Below, in pieces: positions 18,335-26,820 of a stretch of 64,000 nt of DNA; positions within the stretch are counted from its first letter, which is position 1; each line of letters opens with the position of its first letter. The stretch is from an uncultured Bacillota bacterium (GTDB lineage: Bacteria; Sysuimicrobiota; Sysuimicrobiia; Sysuimicrobiales; Segetimicrobiaceae). The notes beneath the pieces are model-generated. The model ran no database searches, was not told the origin of the DNA, and saw only the letters and a program-made list of their open reading frames with translations. Location: contig CAWDRG010000009.1 of assembly GCA_963804645.1 (NCBI GenBank), positions 896,001 through 960,000 on the forward strand. The letters run 5' to 3'. The position numbers and the translations under genes are program-made.

Positions 18335-19531
18335 ATGACGTCGAGCTGGCCGTTGAAGGACGTCTGCATCATCGCGGGGATCGGGACGGTGGGGTATTTC
18401 CGCCGGTGCGACCGCACGGAGTTGTCGTTGGCGGTCGAGGCGGTGCTGCAGGCGTCGCAGGACGCGGGGATGGACGTGAAAGAGATCGACGGGGTGATCA
18501 CCTACCAATACAACAACGATTCGATCCGCCCGCAGGAGCTGGCCCAAGCATTGGGCATCCCGCGCATGCGCCTCTGGATCGAGAACTACCTGGGGGGCAC
18601 GGTGGGGGCGGAGTTGATGGCGATCGCGGTGATGGCGATCCACTGCGGGATGGCGAAGAACGTGGTCGTGTACCGGTCGGCGAAGCACCGGTCGGGACGG
18701 GTGCGGATCGGCGGATCGGGGGCGAGCGCGGACACGGGGGGGTTGGAGCAGTTTCTGGTGCCGTACGGCTGGGCGAACTTCTTCACCAGCACGGCGCCGG
18801 AAGCGGTCCGGCACATGTACGAGTTCGGGACGAAAGAGGAGCATTTGGGGAGCGTGGCCCTCAACGCGTACGCGAACGCCGCGCTGAACGAGCACGCGGT
18901 GGGCAAAGGCTGGGGCCCCAAGACGATGGCGGAGTACATGGAGTCGCCGTACCTGGCGTACCCGTTTCGGCGATGGGACTTCGCGAGCGAAGCGGACGGG
19001 GCGTGCGCGTACCTGGTGACCGGGGCGGAGCACGCGCGGAATCTGCGGCACAAGGCGGTGTACATCACGTCGCTGGCGCAGTCCGCGACGCCGGAGCCGA
19101 TGCATGCGGGGCGGTTCGCGCACTACGACTACGGCGGCAACAGCGCGATCGAAGGCTCGGCGGCGTATTTTGCCGAGGATCTGTTCGGGCGGGCCGGGAT
19201 GTCGAGGAGCGATATCGACGTCGCGCTATTGTATGATGCGAACTCCCTGGAGATCATCAAGCAGCTGGAGGGCCTCGGGTTCTGCAAGCAGGGGGACGGC
19301 GGGCCGTTCGTGGCGTCGGGGGCGATTGGGCGGACGGGGCAGCTGCCGGTGAACACGAGCGGGGGACTGCTGGCGGAAGGGTACTTCCACGGCACCAATC
19401 TCGTCAACGAAGCGGTCGAACAGCTCCGCGGCACGGCCGGCGCCCGGCAGGTCAAGGACGCCGAGGTCGCCCTCTATTCCTGCGGGGGAGGCTCGACCGG
19501 CGGCGGGGGCGCGATTCTCACTGTGAAATAG
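18335..19531 (+). CDS. Thiolase-fold (SCP-x/Ltp2-like) protein, copy 2
   Basis: Same protein as copy 1 except MAPMM->TAPEA and the C-terminal tail; start placed by alignment with copy 1. Confidence 0.9.
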   Translation: MTSSWPLKDVCIIAGIGTVGYFRRCDRTELSLAVEAVLQASQDAGMDVKEIDGVITYQYNNDSIRPQELAQALGIPRMRLWIENYLGGTVGAELMAIAVMAIHCGMAKNVVVYRSAKHRSGRVRIGGSGASADTGGLEQFLVPYGWANFFTSTAPEAVRHMYEFGTKEEHLGSVALNAYANAALNEHAVGKGWGPKTMAEYMESPYLAYPFRRWDFASEADGACAYLVTGAEHARNLRHKAVYITSLAQSATPEPMHAGRFAHYDYGGNSAIEGSAAYFAEDLFGRAGMSRSDIDVALLYDANSLEIIKQLEGLGFCKQGDGGPFVASGAIGRTGQLPVNTSGGLLAEGYFHGTNLVNEAVEQLRGTAGARQVKDAEVALYSCGGGSTGGGGAILTVK

Positions 19532-19544
19532 AGGAGGCTCCACG

Positions 19545-19964
19545 ATGGATGCACCGCTGACTCGGCCGCTTCCCATCTGGGACACGGATACCGTCGAGTA
19601 CTGGACGGGCGCGCGGGAGCACAAGTTGATGGTCAAGCGCTGCACTCGCTGCGGACACGTCAGCTTTCCGCCGCACCCGATCTGCCGCCGCTGTTCCTCG
19701 ATGGAGTTGGAGTGGGTGTCCTCGGCCGGCCGCGGCCACATCTACACGTGGACCACGGTGTACCGGAGTACTCGTCCTGAGTTCGTCGCCGACGTGCCGT
19801 ACACGCTCGCGGTCGTCGAGCTCACCGACTATCCGATCCGGATCCCGGCACGGCTCAAAGGCGTGGCGCCCGGCGAGGTGAAGATCGGGGCACCGGTGCG
19901 CGTCGGGTTTGAGGACGTGACGCCGGAGGTGAGTCTCCCGTTTTGGGAGCTCTCGGACGACTGA
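19545..19964 (+). CDS. DUF35 Zn-ribbon/OB-fold protein (ChsH2/BbsA-like thiolase partner)
   Basis: CTRCG...FPP...CRRC Zn ribbon; GRGHIYTWT, VPYTLAVVEL and IGAPVRVGF; GAGGAGG RBS. Confidence 0.93.
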   Translation: MDAPLTRPLPIWDTDTVEYWTGAREHKLMVKRCTRCGHVSFPPHPICRRCSSMELEWVSSAGRGHIYTWTTVYRSTRPEFVADVPYTLAVVELTDYPIRIPARLKGVAPGEVKIGAPVRVGFEDVTPEVSLPFWELSDD

Positions 19965-20073
19965 TCTCGGATCCTCGGCGTCTCCTCGAAGAGCGGGGCG
20001 CGCGGTGCTCGCGTTCCGGGATTCGCACTGACGGGAATCGGCGGGTCGAACAGCGGCGCGCGTCCGCGGAGGA

Positions 20074-20100
20074 GAGGAGTTCGGAATTGCAAAACGAATC
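20074..20100 (+). promoter_or_regulatory. Conserved upstream motif (TTCG-N11-CGAA), copy 2
   Basis: GAGGAGTTCGGAATTGCAAAACGAATC versus GAGGAGTTCGCGGCGTCAAAACGAATC at 1277. Confidence 0.5.
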
Positions 20101-20177
20101 GGGGGAACCTGTGGCGCGCGTGCGCGTGCGGCGCATGCGCGAGCTCACTTGCGAGGACGCTTTGGAGGGAGGCGGGC

Positions 20178-21854
20178 ATGACTGAGAAGCACCGTTCCAA
20201 GAAAGGCGTGAGAGGCGCCCCGGCTCCCGCGCTGTCCCGTCGAACGCTGCTTGGACACGCCGCGCGCGCGGCGGCGCTCTTGGCCCCAGGTCTCGCTGTC
20301 GTGGAGCGGGCGTCGGCCGCACCCGGCACACCGCTCCTGGCGGCCGCGGGGCCGCGCCAGGCGCCGGTCGGGACGCTGCGCGTGGCCCTCTCCGACATCG
20401 GGTCGGAGCGATTCGATCCGCGGATCGACTCGGCCGGCTCGCAGCTTGTGTGGGCCGAAATCTTCGAGCCGCTCATCGGCGTCGACGCGGACGGGAAGCT
20501 GGACAACTCCGGGCTGGCTCCCCGCTGGGAGATCAGCCCGGACGGAAAGAGCATCACGTTTCACCTGGCCGCGGCGCGCTGGCACGACGGGGTCGAGTTC
20601 ACCGCGGACGATGTGAAGTACAATCTCGACGTCTACTACCGTGCGCCGGGCACGTTGAGCCTCGCGGGCGGGTTCATCAAAGCGAACGTGATCTCGACGA
20701 CGGTGCGCGACAAGTCCACGATCACGGTGACGCTCAACTCGCCGGTGGCGCCGAACCTCGCCCAGTTCGGCAACGCCGAAGGCGAACTCTATATCGTGCC
20801 CAAGCATTACCTCGAGACGAACGGGCTCGACGCGATGGCGAAGACCCCGATCGGGACCGGGCCGTTGAAGTTCGGCCGCCAGCAACTCGGGCAGTGGGTG
20901 GAAATCGACAGCAACACGGACTACCGCAACCCGGCGCGCATCCCGCGGTACAAGACCGCGCGGGTCTCCGGGATCGCAGAGCCGGCCACGCGCGTCGCGG
21001 CGCTCCGGACGGGCCAGGTCGACCTCGCAGAGGTGGATCCCAGCGACGTGCCGGGACTGCAGCTGGCCGGGTTCACCATGAAGCCGCTCCGGTACGGCGC
21101 GCTCACGGTCGGGTTTTTCCTCAAGGCCTACGATCCGAGCAAGATCGCGACCCACGTGGAGTTTCGCAAAGCGTTGAACCTCGCCATCGACCGGCAGGCG
21201 ATCTTCAAGGCCATTTATCCTCCCGGGACCGCCGAGATCCTCCACGGGAGCGGGCTGTACACGCCCGGCGCGATCGGGGATGATCAGAGTCTGCAGCCGT
21301 ATCCGTACCAGCCGGACGAGGCACGCCGGCTGCTGACGGGACTCTACCACGGAGAGCCGGTCACGATTTGGAGCTTCTCGCTCGGCTTCGATCCCGAGGA
21401 GTTTCAAGTGAACGATCTCATCCAGGGGTACTGGCAGAAGGTCGGCCTGAACGTCACCGTCCAGCGCATCGAGTACGCGACCTTCCGGCCCCGCACGGCG
21501 ACGCAAGACTATCCCGGGCCGGCCGAGACGGCGGTGTTCGCGCCCGCCCCGCGGCCGTCGATGGTCTCGCAGATTCTCGTGTTTCTCGCCGCGATCAGCG
21601 ATGGCGGGACCATCGACGTCGCGATCGACCATCAACGGGCGAAGGCCTGGTATGACGAACTCGTGCAGATGAAGGACCCGGCGATGCTGCAGCAGCGGCT
21701 GCGTGAGATCAACCGGACGATGTACCAGGAGTACTGGAACTTTCCGCTGTTCCTCAAGCATATTCCGTTCGCGTACCAGAAGACGGTGGCGTCCTGGGAG
21801 CCCGGCGCGTACCATCGCGAATACATCCGGCTGTGGTCTGCGGTGCCGGCCTGA
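20178..21854 (+). CDS. ABC substrate-binding protein family 5, Tat signal, copy 2 (close paralogue of 1407-3062)
   Basis: SRRTLL; long identical blocks with copy 1, including the C-terminus ASWEPGAYHREYIRLWSAVPA. Confidence 0.93.
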   Translation: MTEKHRSKKGVRGAPAPALSRRTLLGHAARAAALLAPGLAVVERASAAPGTPLLAAAGPRQAPVGTLRVALSDIGSERFDPRIDSAGSQLVWAEIFEPLIGVDADGKLDNSGLAPRWEISPDGKSITFHLAAARWHDGVEFTADDVKYNLDVYYRAPGTLSLAGGFIKANVISTTVRDKSTITVTLNSPVAPNLAQFGNAEGELYIVPKHYLETNGLDAMAKTPIGTGPLKFGRQQLGQWVEIDSNTDYRNPARIPRYKTARVSGIAEPATRVAALRTGQVDLAEVDPSDVPGLQLAGFTMKPLRYGALTVGFFLKAYDPSKIATHVEFRKALNLAIDRQAIFKAIYPPGTAEILHGSGLYTPGAIGDDQSLQPYPYQPDEARRLLTGLYHGEPVTIWSFSLGFDPEEFQVNDLIQGYWQKVGLNVTVQRIEYATFRPRTATQDYPGPAETAVFAPAPRPSMVSQILVFLAAISDGGTIDVAIDHQRAKAWYDELVQMKDPAMLQQRLREINRTMYQEYWNFPLFLKHIPFAYQKTVASWEPGAYHREYIRLWSAVPA

Positions 21855-21893
21855 GCACGAGCGGCTGGGAGCGGCCGTTGGGAGGGAGCATAG

Positions 21894-23351
21894 ATGTCTG
21901 TCATCGCGACAACTGAGTCGACGGCCTGGTCGCCGACGGATGCGCTGCTTGGGTTCGTGGACACGTGGCGCGGCACGCCGCTGCCGCGGGACGTCCATCA
22001 GCGCGCCAAGCAGGTGGTGCTGGACACGCTCGCCTGCTACGTCGGCGCGACGGGGCTGGCGTCCGGCCGCGTGTTGAAGGCGTTTGCGGAGGAATCGACC
22101 GGAAGTTTGGAACTGTTTCCGTTCTCGTCCGGGGTGTCTCCCGATGCCGCCGCGTTCGTGTCCGCGTCGCTGACCAACCTGCTCGACGCGGATGATACGT
22201 TCTACAACCGGGCGCACATCTGCGCCCCGATGGTGGTGCCGACGCTCATTCTGGGAAGTCTCCACGGGAGATCCTTGCGCGACGCGGTGCGCGCGATCGC
22301 GATTGCCTACGAGGTCACGGCCCGGATTGCCCTGTCGTGCGCGGCGCGGTACTACACGGTCGAGGGGAACAAGGTGAGATCCGCGGCCGTCGCCGGGTTC
22401 AGTTGGGTCGCCCCTGGCGCGGCACTGGCCTTGGGGCTGATCCGCGGCCTCGATGCGGTGGCGCTCAGATCGGCGTTCGGCGTCGCCGCCTACGGCGCTC
22501 CCGTCCCGACGAATTCCAACTGGCACGTCGACTACCCGCCCGAGTCGATGACGAAGTACTGCCACTACGCCGCGGCGGCGCAGTCCGCGATGTCGGCGGT
22601 CGCGCTGGCCGCGCACGGCTTCGTGGGACCGGGCCGAGTCTTCGATGGGCCCCATGGCTTTCGCCGGCTGATCGGGGCGAGCGATTGGGACGATACCGCG
22701 ATCCGCGACGGGATTCCCGGGCGGTGGGCGGTTTCCGAGACGTCGCTGAAGCGGTATCCGGCGTGCCGATTGTGGCACGGGGCGCTGTACGGCTTGGAGC
22801 TGCTGGCGGGCCAGCACGACGTCGCGGTGGAGCAGATCACGAGCGTCGACGTCAAGTTGGGGATGTTGAATCCGATGCAAGTGAGACTCGCGACGGAACA
22901 GCCGCCGCTGACGGAGATTTCGGCGCAGTTCTCGGTCCCGTACGACGCCGCGCAGGTGCTCGAGCGACGGACCCCGGGCCCGGCGTGGTATCGCCCGGAG
23001 CAGCTGCGCAGCGAGCGGACGATGAGCCTGATGAAGCGCATCCACGTGTCGGTGGACCCCGAGTTGAACAGCCAAATGGCGGAAGAGGTCAAGCGGGTCG
23101 GGCACTTCGGGTTCCGGACGACATGGGCGGTGGCGATCACGTTGGACTCGGGCAGGGTGCTCACGCAGTCGGGCGGCAATGCGCCGGGCGACCCGTTCAT
23201 TCCAGAGTTGAACACGCCTTTTGACGAGACGAAGACCAAGTTCCGCCAGTATTATGAGCAGGCGCGGAGGGCCGCGCCGTCGGACCAGGCACAGCAGACG
23301 CTGCTCGACGACAACGCGACGTGCGCAGAGGTCCTCGCGGCGCTGCAGTGA
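21894..23351 (+). CDS. MmgE/PrpD family protein, copy 2
   Basis: Same length (485 aa) as copy 1; shares AAYGAPxPTNSNWHV, KRYPACRLWHGALYGLE and LTEISAQFSVPY. Confidence 0.88.
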   Translation: MSVIATTESTAWSPTDALLGFVDTWRGTPLPRDVHQRAKQVVLDTLACYVGATGLASGRVLKAFAEESTGSLELFPFSSGVSPDAAAFVSASLTNLLDADDTFYNRAHICAPMVVPTLILGSLHGRSLRDAVRAIAIAYEVTARIALSCAARYYTVEGNKVRSAAVAGFSWVAPGAALALGLIRGLDAVALRSAFGVAAYGAPVPTNSNWHVDYPPESMTKYCHYAAAAQSAMSAVALAAHGFVGPGRVFDGPHGFRRLIGASDWDDTAIRDGIPGRWAVSETSLKRYPACRLWHGALYGLELLAGQHDVAVEQITSVDVKLGMLNPMQVRLATEQPPLTEISAQFSVPYDAAQVLERRTPGPAWYRPEQLRSERTMSLMKRIHVSVDPELNSQMAEEVKRVGHFGFRTTWAVAITLDSGRVLTQSGGNAPGDPFIPELNTPFDETKTKFRQYYEQARRAAPSDQAQQTLLDDNATCAEVLAALQ

Positions 23352-23606
23352 GGATCCGGCGTTCGACGGGCCGGGCCCGGGGCGCCGACCTGAACATCCC
23401 GTGCCCGCTGGACGCGCGTGACCCACGCTCAGCCGGAGGCGCGTCCGCGCCGTACGATGCATCAGGAGACCCCAGTCGACGGTCGCAACAATTCCGCGGC
23501 CGAGATCGTCATGGTCTGGTCCGCCTCCGGGTGGTCCTCACCGTGCGGCGCGGCCGCGCGAGTCACGGTGTGCCGTGCGATCCTCGCGTCCGACGCGGCG
23601 CCGTGC

Positions 23607-24617
23607 TCAGCCGCACACCTGTCGAAATACGCGCAAAAAATTGCCGCCCATGATCTTCTGAACGTCCTGCACGCTGAATCCCCGCGCGAGCAGAGCCGCC
23701 GTCAACCGCGGCAGACCGGACGGACTGTCCAGGCCCTCCGGGTAATGCCACGGCGGCGGCGGATATCCATCGGCGGTCCACACGCCCTCGGCCAGCAGCC
23801 GCCGGTATAGGGCGGCCGCCACGCGGGTCGGGGCCACTCCGGCCATGCCGTCAAAATAGTCGAGACCGAGCGCGATGGCGTCTGTCCCCACGAGCTGCGC
23901 AATGTGCTCGATATGCGCGATCAAATGCTCGAGCGTCGGCTTCGGGACGGGCGCGACGAACGCGGGGAACCCCACGACGCCGATCGTGCCGCCGCGCGCC
24001 GCGACCGCGCGGATCTGGTCGTCACGAAGGTTGCGGACGGAGTCGCACACTGCCCGGCAGTTCGCGTGGCTGAAGACCGGCGGTGCGCTCGACACGTCCA
24101 TCGCGTCCATCGTGGTGCGGTACCCCGTGTGCGACAAATCCACGATGAGGCCCAGGCGGTTCATCTCCTGGATCATACGCACACCGAACCGCGACAGTCC
24201 GGCGTCGGTCCGCTCCTCGCAGCCGTCGCCCACTCGGTTCTTGCGGTTGTACGTCAGCTGCACCATCCGCACGCCCAGCCGCGCGTACGCCGCCAGCAGG
24301 TTGAGATCGTCGACCACGGGATCCGTGTCTTGGAAGTGAAAGATGATGCCGAGGCGGCCCTGGTTCTTCGCGGTCGTGACATCGGTGGCGCGCGTGACGT
24401 GAATGAACTTCTCCGGATGGGCTTCGATCCGCGCGAGCCACCGCGCGATACTCCGCATCGCACCATCGATCCCATCGGACGCGTTGAGGGATGGCGCGAC
24501 CGCGGTGGTGCCGCCGCGAATCCACTCGTCGATCGATTCTTCGCGGTTGGCCAGGGGACACGTGGCGTCGATCACAATCGCCTCGCGGTGCACGAGCTCC
24601 GCGTCTGGTGGTGTCAC
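23607..24617 (-). CDS. Membrane dipeptidase (peptidase M19 family)
   Basis: LGVRMVQLTYN, GLSRFG, MNRLGLIVDLSH, FSHAN, RNLRDDQI and GGNFLRV; GGAGGG RBS before GTG 24617. Confidence 0.92.
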   Translation of the reverse strand: MTPPDAELVHREAIVIDATCPLANREESIDEWIRGGTTAVAPSLNASDGIDGAMRSIARWLARIEAHPEKFIHVTRATDVTTAKNQGRLGIIFHFQDTDPVVDDLNLLAAYARLGVRMVQLTYNRKNRVGDGCEERTDAGLSRFGVRMIQEMNRLGLIVDLSHTGYRTTMDAMDVSSAPPVFSHANCRAVCDSVRNLRDDQIRAVAARGGTIGVVGFPAFVAPVPKPTLEHLIAHIEHIAQLVGTDAIALGLDYFDGMAGVAPTRVAAALYRRLLAEGVWTADGYPPPPWHYPEGLDSPSGLPRLTAALLARGFSVQDVQKIMGGNFLRVFRQVCG

Positions 24618-24748
24618 CGGTCGGCCCTCCCACGCACTCTGGATCGCATTCCGAGCGGCCTCGTTCTCGTTCCCATACGTGCGCCTGGTTCCTGCATGTC
24701 CCGCGCTTCGGAGGGTTCCTCGCGCCCGGTGCCCAAGCACAGGGCGTC

Positions 24749-26128
24749 ATGAGCCGGACGGTCGTCATCGGGGCGGGCGTGATCGGCCTTGCCTGCGCCT
24801 ACGAACTGCGGCGCCGGGGCGACGAGGTGATCGTACTCGACCGCATCGGACCGGGGGCGGCCGCGTCGGCGGGAAATACCGGATGGATCGTCCCCTCGTT
24901 TTCCGGTCCCGTGCCCGCGCCGGGGCTCGTGGGTCAGTCCGTCCGGTGGATGCTCTCGTCGGACAGCCCGCTGTACGTGAAGCCGCGCCTGGACCCGGGG
25001 TTTCTGCTGTGGCTGTGGGCGTTCTGGAAGTACTGCACCAAGTCCGCGTACGAAGCCGGCCTCGACGCGGTGGCGGCCCTGAACACACAGACGATGGCGT
25101 TGTATGACGCGCTTGCCGCCGACGGCGTCCGCTTTGAGATGCACTGTCAAGGCGTCCTGTTCGTGTTCCTCGGGCGCGCGGCGCTCGAGCATGTTGGAGC
25201 CGACTTGGAGCGCATGCGGAGGTACGGATACGAGCCCGCGGAAACCCTTACCGCACACGAGGTGCGCGATCTCGAGCCGCTCCTGTCGGCCAATGTGATC
25301 GGCGGGATCGTGGCGGGCCGCGAACGGCACGTGAGACCGGAGAGCCTGGTAGCGGGGTTCGTGGAACGGTTGTCGGCGCTGGGTGTCGACCTTCGCGGCG
25401 GCACCGAGGTCACGGGCTTTCGGCGCCGGGGGCCGACGTCGACGAGTGATCGACGCGCGGCCGGCGGCATCGGGGCGGTCGAGACTTCGACGGGGGCCAT
25501 CGACACCGACCGCGTTGTCGTCGCCGCCGGCGCGTGGTCGGGACAACTGGTGCGCCACCTCGGATTCCGTCTGCCGCTGCAGGCGGGGACGGGATACAGC
25601 ATCACGCTGGAGCAGCCGGACGCGCAGCTGGGCCGGCCCCTCTACCTGGATGAGGCGCGCGTGGCGGTCAGCAACTTCGATGGCGCGCTGCGTTTGGCCG
25701 GCACGATGGAGCTGTCGGGCCTGAACGCCGGCCTCAATGCGCGGCGTGTCGGGGCGATCCTCCGGTCGGCGGACCGCTACCTCGTGGGCTGGCGGCGCGC
25801 GCTCGGCGAACGCGTCTGGGTCGGGATGCGGCCGCTCACCCCCGATGGCCTGCCGGTGATCGGCGCCGTGCCGGGCGCAGACAACGTCTATCTGGCGACG
25901 GGACACGGCATGCTCGGCGTGACGCTGGCGCCGGCGACGGCGGTGGCGCTCGCCGAGCTGATGGTGACGGGACGCCGGAGTGCCGCGCTGTCGCCGTTCG
26001 ATCCGGCGCGCTTTCTCCCGCGGCGGTCCTCGGGACGCGTGCCTCCGCGCGGCGACCCGCGGGTCCGGTCATCCGCAGTACCTGACCGTCGCGAAGCCCC
26101 GAGCGGCGGGCGTTGGATGTCGCAGTGA
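24749..26128 (+). CDS. FAD-dependent D-amino acid dehydrogenase/oxidase (DadA-like)
   Basis: VVIGAGVIG, ASAGNTG, WVGMRPLTPDGLPVIG and ATGHGMLGVTLAP. Confidence 0.92.
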   Translation: MSRTVVIGAGVIGLACAYELRRRGDEVIVLDRIGPGAAASAGNTGWIVPSFSGPVPAPGLVGQSVRWMLSSDSPLYVKPRLDPGFLLWLWAFWKYCTKSAYEAGLDAVAALNTQTMALYDALAADGVRFEMHCQGVLFVFLGRAALEHVGADLERMRRYGYEPAETLTAHEVRDLEPLLSANVIGGIVAGRERHVRPESLVAGFVERLSALGVDLRGGTEVTGFRRRGPTSTSDRRAAGGIGAVETSTGAIDTDRVVVAAGAWSGQLVRHLGFRLPLQAGTGYSITLEQPDAQLGRPLYLDEARVAVSNFDGALRLAGTMELSGLNAGLNARRVGAILRSADRYLVGWRRALGERVWVGMRPLTPDGLPVIGAVPGADNVYLATGHGMLGVTLAPATAVALAELMVTGRRSAALSPFDPARFLPRRSSGRVPPRGDPRVRSSAVPDRREAPSGGRWMSQ

Positions 26129-26226
26129 ACCGGATCGTGCTGGGTGGCGCGCATTGGTACGTCAGCAGCGCCGCACACCACCTGGGCGCGGCCATGCGCT
26201 GCGTCCAGAGCACTTTGCCTTCCTGT

Positions 26227-26286
26227 CTTGGGCACACCCGAGAACGACACGAAAGACTGCTGGATCCGCTCGAAGGGGCGACTCCC
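26227..26286 (-). repeat. Degraded 60-bp copy of the 3' end of the esterase gene (partner 31555-31614)
   Basis: 53/60 identical by manual alignment; translates GSRPFERIQQSFVSFSGVPK versus GSRLFERIQQSLVWFSGVLK. Confidence 0.85.
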
Positions 26287-26392
26287 TAGCTGCGTTGGGA
26301 GGCGCCTCGCGTGGGGACAAGCGTCCTCGTGGGACCTGGACGCAGTGTGCTCGACCTCCGGTCTTACTCTTGATTGCTGGATCAACCAGCCG

Positions 26393-26791
26393 CTACGGAA
26401 AGATGCCGAGCGCCGCTTCGAGTAGATGGGACACCACGTCCGCGGCCCGGCGAATGTCGTTGCTGTCTCCTGTGCTGAGCGCCTCCGCCATCACGTCCCG
26501 CGCGTGCTCGACGAACTGCTGCGCGCGCTCGGCGCCCGGGAGCCGTTCGTTCTTCGCCTGCGCGAGCGCGGGGATAATCCCGACCGCAACGTTCTTGGAG
26601 TCCAGTCCTTCGCCCGGGTTGCCCGCCTTTTCCTTATACAGGGAGTCCGTCGGACCCACCAGCATGTTGCGCACGCTCCAGCCCAGCGACTTCAGGATCG
26701 TATCGGGAACTTCGTCCGCCACCGACTGAGAGAGGTCGATCGCTTTTTTGAATTGATGGTACGGCACGTGATACGCCGGTCCGTTACCCAC
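26393..26791 (-). CDS. Hypothetical protein (132 aa, probably helical)
   Basis: Protein-like composition; GGAGG RBS upstream; starts 29 bp after the cyclase gene stop on the same strand. Confidence 0.75.
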   Translation of the reverse strand: MGNGPAYHVPYHQFKKAIDLSQSVADEVPDTILKSLGWSVRNMLVGPTDSLYKEKAGNPGEGLDSKNVAVGIIPALAQAKNERLPGAERAQQFVEHARDVMAEALSTGDSNDIRRAADVVSHLLEAALGIFP

Positions 26792-26820
26792 GTCCCCACC
26801 TCCGTGCCTGTTGAAGCTCT

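Noticed and set aside
16921..19531. Thiolase repeat as a diversity-generating retroelement TR/VR pair
   Set aside because: No reverse transcriptase, differences are not adenine-specific, and both copies are full genes.
23418..23810. 130-aa plus-strand ORF after MmgE copy 2
   Set aside because: No RBS or motif, and it overlaps the dipeptidase 3' end antisense.
25888..26385. 165-aa minus-strand ORF
   Set aside because: Only about 20 codons are an esterase remnant; much of the rest overlaps the DadA-like gene antisense.
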